Source of the DNA: a virus
Direction: 5' to 3' (one strand)
DNA: 64,000 nt
IMG/VR virus record: IMGVR_UViG_3300042914_003164
Span: 32,001 to 96,000 of that record
The notes under the pieces were generated by a model that searched no databases, was not told the DNA's origin, and saw only the letters and a list, made by a program, of their open reading frames with translations. Positions 56,910 to 64,000 of this stretch are shown one piece after another. A program made the position numbers and the translations under genes. Within the stretch, counting starts at the first letter, position 1. The number at the start of each line of letters is the position of its first letter.

Positions 56910-57154
56910 CTGAACATTCATTATCCCCCGCGGCTCAGGCGGTGCTGGATGCGGTGCTGGATGAAACAGCGCCTTTATCTGAGCAACACCAAACGCGAGC
57001 AGATGCCGCCGCCGCCCTCCGCGCTGCTGTGGATCAAAGAAAGCTCGGACCCGACGAATGGGAAGGCTCGCAACCCGATGACTACGAACGAGGTTGGAAC
57101 GCTGCACTCCGCAGCATTACCGCCCTCGCCACCGAACTGGATCCCATTCAATGA
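56906..57154 (+). CDS. hypothetical protein (LSPAAQAVLDA family)
   Basis: GTGA overlap. Confidence 0.6.
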   Translation: MTEHSLSPAAQAVLDAVLDETAPLSEQHQTRADAAAALRAAVDQRKLGPDEWEGSQPDDYERGWNAALRSITALATELDPIQ

Positions 57155-57396
57155 TCACACCCCTATTCACCGCCCTAGCCCGTAACGCCACCGCCAGGGC
57201 TCACCTTGTTGGCGCCGAAGTTGCCGCTTTAGAACGGCTCGAAATGCAGCACCTTTCTGATATGGATTACAAAGCTGCGGCTAATGCTTACATTCAAAAG
57301 CGGGATACGCGCACATGGTACTGGCGCGAGCTGGCTACCGCCGCCCACCTACTGGGCAGCCCATGGTGTGATGCTGAGCGCTTGGGGGGTCGGTGA
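57151..57396 (+). CDS. hypothetical protein, paralogue of 60126
   Basis: ARAHL.G.E...YWRE.A.AA.LLG.PW..AERLG.R. Confidence 0.65.
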   Translation: MITPLFTALARNATARAHLVGAEVAALERLEMQHLSDMDYKAAANAYIQKRDTRTWYWRELATAAHLLGSPWCDAERLGGR

Positions 57397-57614
57397 TGCC
57401 GCGCCAGCCCTCGCAAGAGCGCGGCTGCGACGGCAAGGCCAATCTAGGCCGCCGCTACCAGGCCAACGCCAACCGGCTGGCTCTGCGTCATGGCAAGTGC
57501 TACGGCGTCTACCGCTGCCCGCATTGTGGAGGCACACACCTGACCACCAAGCTCGACAACGCCGAGCAGTACCAACCGCTCCTGTACGTCACCCCATGCC
57601 CCGCTTCTACCTAA
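57393..57614 (+). CDS. small Zn-ribbon protein
   Basis: C.GK...YRCPHCGGTHLT. Confidence 0.6.
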   Translation: MMPRQPSQERGCDGKANLGRRYQANANRLALRHGKCYGVYRCPHCGGTHLTTKLDNAEQYQPLLYVTPCPAST

Positions 57615-57714
57615 TTCACACCACCGCGGCCCTTGCCTGTGTTGCAGTGCTTGCCGCCTTTGGGTATGATCGTGATGCTGTTCAGTTCATTTTATCCACT
57701 CATCTCGCGCTAAC

Positions 57715-58020
57715 ATGAGCTGCGTTTCCAACGTCATACTGCTGACCTTTATTGAAGACCCAGGAATCAAAGATGTACAGTTGTGGCTGTCAGGTGCTGG
57801 TGCGTTTCCTTTGAACCAGATTGACGGGTTTGCAGGCGGAACAAAAGCCGTGGAGCACGAGATTTGGGCGGGAGCTTACAACTGGCTTGATGTTCCCGAG
57901 TTTGTTAAAGCTGTAAAAAGCGCAAACTGGGCGTTTCCGTCCGATGTGCAGCTTTTGATCAAGGAAGAGGGCGGCGAGTTGTTTTCATTGCGTGCTGGCA
58001 CCATGCCAGTGGTTTGCTAA
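57715..58020 (+). CDS. hypothetical protein
   Basis: GGTK..E...GAYN.LD, W..P..VQL.IK motifs. Confidence 0.65.
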   Translation: MSCVSNVILLTFIEDPGIKDVQLWLSGAGAFPLNQIDGFAGGTKAVEHEIWAGAYNWLDVPEFVKAVKSANWAFPSDVQLLIKEEGGELFSLRAGTMPVVC

Positions 58021-58053
58021 ACCCCTCATTCTATCCACTCACTCAAACCCACC

Positions 58054-58326
58054 ATGCTTGAAGACTTTCGCGACATGCTCAACGAGACTGAAGGTCGGAT
58101 TTTCTTAGTAATCGCCTTAGTCGCAATCGCAATAATGACATTTGCTGTGGCCGGAGCACTTGAAGAAGGAAAGCAATGGCAGCAATTTGCCGCTGACCAT
58201 GATTGCGTCAAGGTTGAACAAATAAAAGGCAACGTTTTAATTGGTATGGGAACAGTTGTGACTACGACAGTGGAACCTGACAAGATCGGCTGGCGCTGCA
58301 ATGATGGCGTCACTTACTGGCGCTGA
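58054..58326 (+). CDS. membrane-anchored small protein
   Basis: N-terminal TM; W..F...HDC...W.CNDGVTYWR. Confidence 0.65.
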   Translation: MLEDFRDMLNETEGRIFLVIALVAIAIMTFAVAGALEEGKQWQQFAADHDCVKVEQIKGNVLIGMGTVVTTTVEPDKIGWRCNDGVTYWR

Positions 58327-58414
58327 TCAAATCCCGGCTCATCACACTCCGAAGGCCCGCGCACCGGACAACACTCCCCAACCCTCCCAGCGACCACCAC
58401 TTCCCTACTTCAAA

Positions 58415-59011
58415 ATGACAAATCAACTATCTGACCACGAAGATCACTTCATGCGCATTGCGCACGCTAGGCCATTTACGGACTTGCAGCTCAACATTGC
58501 CCAGATTCTTGCACGCGGGCTTGAAGGGTTGCCTGAAAATGATGGCAGCCGGGATTGGATGGAAAACGTTGTAGGCATCTGCCTAGAGGCCATTGCTGAG
58601 GCTGTCCAGCCCGAGCCGGAGGGGGTGGGGGTGACGGATTTCAAAGAGGAGTTGATGGCCGCCTGGGACAAAGCGATCTTGCTGCCTCGAACGGGAAGGC
58701 TGGCGGAATACAGAGCTTGGCTTGCTCACGTACTGGCTCTTGTGTGGGCCGTTGGGCGTCGCCCCACCACCAAGCCGGTGCCGGTGAGCGAGCGGCTGCC
58801 GGGGCGGGAGGATTGCGCACCGTGGCCAGGCGAACCGGATGCGACACATTGGGCCTGGGCTGGAAAGTGTGTTGACGGTGGCTGGGAGTGGTCTCAGCTC
58901 AGCATGTTGGGCCTGGGATCAAACACCTTGGGCCGCATCATTGCTGGCGGTGGATGGACTCACTGGCTCCCCCACCACGCCCTGCCGGTGCCCGGCGCGG
59001 AGGTGGGGTGA
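58415..59011 (+). CDS. hypothetical mosaic protein with PVSERLP...THWLP (DUF551-like) end
   Basis: Motifs read in translation. Confidence 0.55.
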   Translation: MTNQLSDHEDHFMRIAHARPFTDLQLNIAQILARGLEGLPENDGSRDWMENVVGICLEAIAEAVQPEPEGVGVTDFKEELMAAWDKAILLPRTGRLAEYRAWLAHVLALVWAVGRRPTTKPVPVSERLPGREDCAPWPGEPDATHWAWAGKCVDGGWEWSQLSMLGLGSNTLGRIIAGGGWTHWLPHHALPVPGAEVG

Positions 59012-59346
59012 TGACGGCTCTCCGTTACACGCCAGACAGAAACCATCCCTACTGGTGTTACTCCCCCGAGGGCGACGGATTCACATTCTGGGCTACAGCT
59101 AAAGAGCGTGACGACTATGCCGAGCAGGAAATACGCACATACCTGGACGACAGTGAATGGTCTGAGGAAGTAGAAGGTGTCATGGCGGGCGTCGTCACTG
59201 ATGTTGCGACTGCAGTTGATATTCAGCGACCGGCTGGAGAAATTGACGAGGAAGGCTACGACGAAAGCGACGAGGGGCCATGGGAAGACAAAGACCAGAT
59301 CAGGTGCAACTACCAACTCAGGCCATTGACCGAATCTCAACCATGA
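59011..59346 (+). CDS. acidic hypothetical protein
   Basis: Stop/start overlap. Confidence 0.6.
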   Translation: MTALRYTPDRNHPYWCYSPEGDGFTFWATAKERDDYAEQEIRTYLDDSEWSEEVEGVMAGVVTDVATAVDIQRPAGEIDEEGYDESDEGPWEDKDQIRCNYQLRPLTESQP

Positions 59347-59540
59347 CCACCCCACCCCCACCCCTATCCCCAGCATTGGAAGAACTGCAAGCGGCAGCAA
59401 GGCCGCTCATGGATTACCTGAAGAAGCGACATCATCCGCACCTCAAAGCAATCGTTGATAGCGATAGCGCGGAAATTGTTGAAGGCATCGCGTGCGTGCG
59501 TGCCCTCGCCACCGAGCTGCGGCAGGAGGGGCGGGAGTGA
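59343..59540 (+). CDS. hypothetical protein
   Basis: AARPLM.YL...HHPH...IVD...AE..EG. Confidence 0.6.
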   Translation: MTTPPPPLSPALEELQAAARPLMDYLKKRHHPHLKAIVDSDSAEIVEGIACVRALATELRQEGRE

Positions 59541-59752
59541 GCGCTATCTATCACAGGATCAGGTATATGTCCCCGTCATCGGAGTCTTTTGAGTCTGTGC
59601 GCGAGGCCGTGTGTGCAGCCCTGTGGGAGTCCGCTAACTGCTACGCTTCTCCCAGGAAAATCACGCAAAACAGACAAACCCTATGGGATTCAGAATTGCA
59701 AGACTTGGATGATTTTGCGGAATCTATTGGCGTCAACCCAGACCTTTACTAG
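59537..59752 (+). CDS. hypothetical protein
   Basis: GTGA overlap. Confidence 0.5.
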   Translation: MSAIYHRIRYMSPSSESFESVREAVCAALWESANCYASPRKITQNRQTLWDSELQDLDDFAESIGVNPDLY

Positions 59753-59758
59753 GCATGG

Positions 59759-60076
59759 GTGCCCGAGCCTAAAAACAACCACAAATATAGGCTTATGGCT
59801 GGATTTCAAGATCAGTATTTACAGCGCCCGCCCGAGCAGGACCCCAGAATCGCAGAACTGGCTGAGCGCTACCATCACGAAACCGAAGCCTATGATCGCA
59901 CTGTTTGCAGTGGACCGATCTTGCACGGCCTGGTAATGCCAGCCAATGGCCGCGAATTTGTGCTTATCAACAAAAACGCTCGTCTCGTTCTCCGACAGGT
60001 CTTGGCCGAGGCCGCTCAAGCGGGTATTCCCCGACTGGACATGCAACGCGCTATCAGCAGGCATGTCAACCGCTAG
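59759..60076 (+). CDS. hypothetical protein
   Basis: 105-aa ORF. Confidence 0.5.
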   Translation: MPEPKNNHKYRLMAGFQDQYLQRPPEQDPRIAELAERYHHETEAYDRTVCSGPILHGLVMPANGREFVLINKNARLVLRQVLAEAAQAGIPRLDMQRAISRHVNR

Positions 60077-60125
60077 ACAGCGACACTGAAGATCGAGTAA
60101 CATCAATGTTCGCCCACGAAACTCC

Positions 60126-60365
60126 GTGAATCCCTCCGCTTTCTTTGCAGCTCTCGCGGTTTGCGCCATTGCCCGAGCCCATCTCGCAGGAGATGAGGCG
60201 AGCAAGCTTCGTAACGCTGGCAACCTTGTCGCCACAGATGTTGCTATGCGCCGGTACTGGCGGGAGGAGGCGGCTGCCGCCACTTTGCTGGGCCAGCCCT
60301 GGCCCGAGGCCGAACGCCTAGGGGATCGCCTAATTCCCGTGGAGGGCGGGTGTTATGCCTTCTGA
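60126..60365 (+). CDS. hypothetical protein, paralogue of 57151
   Basis: Shared motifs. Confidence 0.65.
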   Translation: MNPSAFFAALAVCAIARAHLAGDEASKLRNAGNLVATDVAMRRYWREEAAAATLLGQPWPEAERLGDRLIPVEGGCYAF

Positions 60366-60437
60366 TAACTGTCTCAGTCTGTTGCAGTAGATTATTGCAG
60401 TCTGTCAATTTTTGCTTCTAGCCAAGCAGTTGCTTCC

Positions 60438-61178
60438 ATGCTCAACAAAAAAGACCCATACTATGGGGCTCTGCTCATAGAAGAGGCGAAGCTTCATCTT
60501 GGTACTGTTATGGCGGGCCAAGACTCGGAGCCGTTTTTTTCTGCAATGCTTCAAATTGTTGAAGATCGAATTTATCTTAAATACACAACACTCCGAAACA
60601 AAGAAGTAGAACTCAAAGGCATCAAAGACTTTTTGCAAAGCGTTTACTATGGCCTTGGCATTAAAGACATGGAAACGTTCTTGTGCAATGTTGTCAAGTC
60701 TGCCTTAAAGGAAAGGTCAAGAAATAAATACGCCCATAGATTTATTGAATGGCTCAGGGATCAGGATCCCTCTTTTCAGTTTCCCGACTCTTACTTTGAG
60801 TTTAGGCGTGTAATGAGAATGATATATTACAACAAGCAAATGCCAAGACCGAAAAAGGGGCTTGCCTACAAAACGGCTAGATTCCTTTACAATCAAGATC
60901 CAGAGATTCTGCAGCACATAGGCTACGGTAGAAGATACCTTACCGTTGAAAGCTGCTACTACGGAGAGGGCTACGAGGAAAAGCGCAAAACCCTTAAGCC
61001 TATCAAGCTTTACCAAAATCCAACGCTGCACCAGCTTGAAGAAGTCGCAGAAGCGCTTTTCGGGAGGTTTGGCCATTTCAAAGCGGAGCGCCTCGCTGCT
61101 ATGCTGACTGAGCGCTGCGAGCTTTCTAAGGCGCTAAAACAAAGTCAAGAGGATGAACAACTTGCAGACGGCAACTAG
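60438..61178 (+). CDS. hypothetical protein
   Basis: 246-aa ORF overlapping ruvC. Confidence 0.7.
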   Translation: MLNKKDPYYGALLIEEAKLHLGTVMAGQDSEPFFSAMLQIVEDRIYLKYTTLRNKEVELKGIKDFLQSVYYGLGIKDMETFLCNVVKSALKERSRNKYAHRFIEWLRDQDPSFQFPDSYFEFRRVMRMIYYNKQMPRPKKGLAYKTARFLYNQDPEILQHIGYGRRYLTVESCYYGEGYEEKRKTLKPIKLYQNPTLHQLEEVAEALFGRFGHFKAERLAAMLTERCELSKALKQSQEDEQLADGN

Positions 61179-61659
61179 ATCAATCGGTGTTGACCCTGGT
61201 GTTTCCGGTGCAATAGCGATACTGGAAGGCGACAGGCTGATCCATGTATTCGATATGCCTGTTGTCGAAACAATGTCAGGAAAAAAGAAAAAGCGCAGGA
61301 TCTCACCTGAAATACTGGTGGCAGAGCTTAAGCAGTATGTAGATGGTGTTAAAACAGTTTACATTGAAGATGTTCATGCAATGCCCGGTCAAGGCGTAAC
61401 GTCGATGTTCTCTTTTGGTGAGGCTGCGGGGCTGGCGAGAGGCGTTATGGCTGGCCTCGGCCTTCCCGTCCAGATGGTTTCCCCTACCCACTGGAAGCGT
61501 GGTCTTCGCCTTCCTCAGGGCAAGGATGCCTCTCGCGCTATGGCCGCCCGACTCTGGCCGCTGGAGGCCGCCCACTTTTGCCGAGTGCGTGATGATGGCC
61601 GCGCCGAGGCGGCCCTTATAGCTCTCTGGGGCATGACCAGTGCCAGGTCGGCCAGCTGA
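61153..61659 (+). CDS. RuvC-like Holliday junction resolvase
   Basis: IGVDPG.SGAIA, IEDV, SMFSFG, P..WK, DGRAEAALIA. Confidence 0.9.
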   Translation: MNNLQTATRSIGVDPGVSGAIAILEGDRLIHVFDMPVVETMSGKKKKRRISPEILVAELKQYVDGVKTVYIEDVHAMPGQGVTSMFSFGEAAGLARGVMAGLGLPVQMVSPTHWKRGLRLPQGKDASRAMAARLWPLEAAHFCRVRDDGRAEAALIALWGMTSARSAS

Positions 61660-61703
61660 ACACCTGGCTGCCTGATCCGTTGCAGAAAAATGGTCCGATC
61701 CCC

Positions 61704-61732
61704 TTGCGTTTGGGCGACCTACAGGCTATGAT
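61704..61732 (+). promoter_or_regulatory. promoter TTGCGT-N17-TATGAT (also a GGCTATGAT box)
   Basis: Canonical spacing upstream of the AbrB-like gene. Confidence 0.6.
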
Positions 61733-61830
61733 TTCTTGGTCGTCAACGATTTTCCACGTTGCCCCGCCCCAAAAGGACAGCCAGCGAGGCTGTCGAAACC
61801 CAACCCCCTACAACTGATACCACCGCTCAA

Positions 61831-62328
61831 ATGACCGAAGCCACCGCCGAAAAGAAAGTGTCCGCTACCACCAGCAAGAAGGGCACCCCCGTCGAACCCG
61901 CAGAAGTTCTGCGCATTGCCTCTGAAATGGAGGGTCAGCCCGCAGACGTGGTAGCCAAGGAATGTGGCTATTACACTGAAACGACCAATAACGCCACTGG
62001 CGAAGTTGAAGTTCGTGTAACCGCTGCTGATACCTCGGCCTTTCTTGCCGCTCTGCTGTCGGCCAAGGGTGTGAACCTGGCTCCCCCGGTTCGCGCAGCC
62101 CGTCGCTCCAACCGCTCGCCCATCGTCAAGATCGGCAAGACCGGCACCATCGTTGTTGGCGGTCGTCACGCCACCGTGGCCGGTTTTGAGTTCGGTGAAG
62201 GTGTTGACAGCCGCGTGCGTATCGAGTCCGAAAAGGGCAAGATCACCATTTTTGCCGCCACTCCTGACGAGTATGCGGCTGATGATGCCGAGCCCGCTGC
62301 TACCGAGGAAGACGACCTGGATCTCTGA
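61831..62328 (+). CDS. cyanobacterial AbrB-like transcription regulator
   Basis: AKECGYY, F..ALL.AKG..L, G.IVVG...RI....GKITI; acidic tail; alternative start 61759. Confidence 0.7.
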   Translation: MTEATAEKKVSATTSKKGTPVEPAEVLRIASEMEGQPADVVAKECGYYTETTNNATGEVEVRVTAADTSAFLAALLSAKGVNLAPPVRAARRSNRSPIVKIGKTGTIVVGGRHATVAGFEFGEGVDSRVRIESEKGKITIFAATPDEYAADDAEPAATEEDDLDL

Positions 62329-62356
62329 TCCATTCCTGCATCCAGCAAACAAAAGC

Positions 62357-62380
62357 GCCCTGGGAAACCGGGGCTTTTTT
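62357..62380 (+). terminator. Rho-independent terminator
   Basis: GCCCTGG-GAAA-CCGGGGC-TTTTTT. Confidence 0.8.
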
Positions 62381-62388
62381 ATTTACCA

Positions 62389-62811
62389 ATGTCACACATT
62401 CAACAGGCCAAAGAGTTTCGCATTGTTTTCGGCCATCCAAATGTTCCGGGCAGGGAAAAACGATTTCCTGTGGACTTGGAAGAGAAGCTAAGGATGCAAC
62501 TCTCGCTCGTCAAAGAGGAGGGTGACGAGTTCAACGAAGCGCTTGAGGAGTGGCTTTCGATTTCAAAGTTCTCTACCGAAGATGCTGCCGCGTTTGCCAA
62601 GAAACACGTTCTCAAGGAGCTTGCTGACCTGACATACGTTTGCTACCAGATGGCAGCCTTTCTCAGTGTTGATCTTGATGTTGCGCTGGATCGTGTACAT
62701 CAGTCAAATATGAGCAAGCTTGGCGAAGACGGCAAACCGATTTACAGGGCAGATGGCAAAGTGTTGAAAGGTCCTTTTTACAAAAAGCCGCATCTTGGGG
62801 ATCTTATTTAG
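62389..62811 (+). CDS. MazG-like NTP pyrophosphohydrolase (DR2231/PRA-PH type, probable dUTPase)
   Basis: EE..E...KELADL.YV, VH.SNMSK, GKP..R.DGKVLK. Confidence 0.85.
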   Translation: MSHIQQAKEFRIVFGHPNVPGREKRFPVDLEEKLRMQLSLVKEEGDEFNEALEEWLSISKFSTEDAAAFAKKHVLKELADLTYVCYQMAAFLSVDLDVALDRVHQSNMSKLGEDGKPIYRADGKVLKGPFYKKPHLGDLI

Positions 62812-63095
62812 GCTTGCTGGGCTGAGGGTTGCGCCTCAGCTTTGAACTCCCTTCCCTCTAGCCCAGTTTTTTCCATTTGGACCTTCCTTACTTTTATCAA
62901 GAAAGCTGCACTGTCGGCCATTTCCAGCTCCTTCGTTATCTCAGCGATGCACTCTTTGTCAATGCTTGCCGCTGTTACGCCAAGAAGGTCAAGCAACTCC
63001 TTGAGGCACTTGGCACACACAGCCGCCGATTTTACGGCTTTTCTGTGAGCTTCGGAAATTGCCTGACTCTCTGCTTGACTGAGTGGTAGTTTCAT
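62808..63095 (-). CDS. hypothetical protein
   Basis: ATG 63095; convergent with the MazG-like gene. Confidence 0.5.
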   Translation of the reverse strand: MKLPLSQAESQAISEAHRKAVKSAAVCAKCLKELLDLLGVTAASIDKECIAEITKELEMADSAAFLIKVRKVQMEKTGLEGREFKAEAQPSAQQA

Positions 63096-63249
63096 TGGCT
63101 TTCTGGATGGTGATCTGGGTCCAGTCTGGGTACTGCTTCTCAAGGTGCCTGAGCGCAGCCGCATTCCCCCCGACCCACCCATGTAGGGCGCCAATGACCG
63201 GGATGGCTGAATCCCGAGTAACTAGGAATCGGTAGGAGACTGGTTCCAT
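62989..63249 (-). CDS. hypothetical protein
   Basis: ATG 63249; about 100-nt overlap with the next gene makes it uncertain. Confidence 0.35.
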   Translation of the reverse strand: MEPVSYRFLVTRDSAIPVIGALHGWVGGNAAALRHLEKQYPDWTQITIQKANETTTQSSRESGNFRSSQKSRKIGGCVCQVPQGVA

Positions 63250-63285
63250 CCGACTACTATATCGACTAAGCTCAATTTTCGCAAC

Positions 63286-63780
63286 ATGGCGAGGACGGTC
63301 AAGGGGAAAACCAGATTTCCGTTCAAGATCACCCTTGTCCCCGTTGATCGGCCACAGCCGAAGCCGCCCTGGATCGGCACGCATCAGTGGAAACATCGAG
63401 CAATCTATAACATCAAGATGAAGCTTTCGATTCAGGTTGAAAAGGCATCAAATCGAGCTGGCTGGTGTTGGTATAAATTTTATTCCGTGCGAGGGTATGG
63501 CGCTCCTGGCAGGCTTGAGTTTTTATGTCCGTATTCCGGCATGGTCGCAAAAACTATCTATCAAGAGGAGGCTGCTTCTTTCAGGAGGTACTGGTCAAAC
63601 TGCGCAAAAAAGTCCCAAGAAATACTTGATTGGCTAGAAACTATTGACCCGTCAACTTACACAGTTCAGCTGAACGTTTTTCTTCTTAGGGCGATTGTTG
63701 TTACCTATGGAATTAGAGAAATAAAAAATTACGAGCAAAGCAATCCATTTCAGAGAGCAAAGCCATGGCAAGAGCTGTAA
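63286..63780 (+). CDS. hypothetical protein
   Basis: 164-aa ORF. Confidence 0.55.
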   Translation: MARTVKGKTRFPFKITLVPVDRPQPKPPWIGTHQWKHRAIYNIKMKLSIQVEKASNRAGWCWYKFYSVRGYGAPGRLEFLCPYSGMVAKTIYQEEAASFRRYWSNCAKKSQEILDWLETIDPSTYTVQLNVFLLRAIVVTYGIREIKNYEQSNPFQRAKPWQEL

Positions 63781-63815
63781 AGTATCACGAAAAAAAAACA
63801 AAAGGCGGCTGGCCA

Positions 63816-64000
63816 ATGTTTACCAGTTCGCAAACTGATAACAGGTTTGCTCTCTGCAAAAAAGCTTTATGCCCAGACAGGAGTTTGCTTGTCAGATTCA
63901 AAGATTGCTATCAATCTGAAGAGCATATTCAAGAATTTTGCAGACTGAAATTCCTGTCAGAAGAATACTTTGAGTACAATGTTCGGGACCTTAAGCTACT
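63816..64000 (+). CDS. hypothetical protein, truncated by window end
   Basis: ATG 63816, open to the end. Confidence 0.4.
   Translation, partial: MFTSSQTDNRFALCKKALCPDRSLLVRFKDCYQSEEHIQEFCRLKFLSEEYFEYNVRDLKL

Noticed and set aside
1-64000. CRISPR array, tRNA/tmRNA, integrase, reverse transcriptase, DNA polymerase, psbA/hli
   Set aside because: No repeat-spacer periodicity, cloverleaf or diagnostic motifs seen by eye; they could lie outside the window
1-64000. Stop-codon reassignment
   Set aside because: Conserved genes are full-length in code 11 and TAA, TAG and TGA all terminate genes

Overview
This 64-kb window is most of the genome of a long-tailed (siphovirus-type) cyanophage. The host is probably a Synechococcus/Cyanobium-type picocyanobacterium, inferred from NblA-like, cyAbrB-like, cyanobacterial-type dcd/thyX and group-2-like sigma genes. 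Layout: small genes including nblA (0-2 kb); terminase, portal, scaffold, five very basic small proteins, major capsid, neck, tail tube, frameshifted tail chaperone, a 2677-aa tape measure with an M23 peptidase, tail tip and fibres (2-36 kb); lysis genes (36.4-38.5 kb); a second fibre cluster ending in a C-type-lectin/Mtd-like protein (38.5-42.4 kb); a minus-strand block with a glycoside-hydrolase-like gene, sigma factor, thyX and dcd; a structured divergent intergenic region; then replication/recombination genes (RHH, initiator, DnaB, Sak/Rad52, exonuclease, two SSBs), a mosaic of small genes with an inserted HNH, RuvC, cyAbrB and a MazG/dUTPase-like gene. Most notable: (1) a candidate late-transcription system, i.e. 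a phage sigma with an RpoS-like basic residue at the -13-reading position and a degenerate region 4.2, matched by about 18 (G)CTAnnnT boxes before late genes; (2) the same GC-AGT-GC leader hairpin before the major capsid and major tail genes; (3) a DGR-type target gene with variable-repeat codon signature and 3' hairpin but no RT, Avd or TR in the window; (4) a cluster of Lys/Arg-rich proteins in the head module; (5) candidate small structured RNAs. All calls come from motif recognition by eye; no database searches were run.
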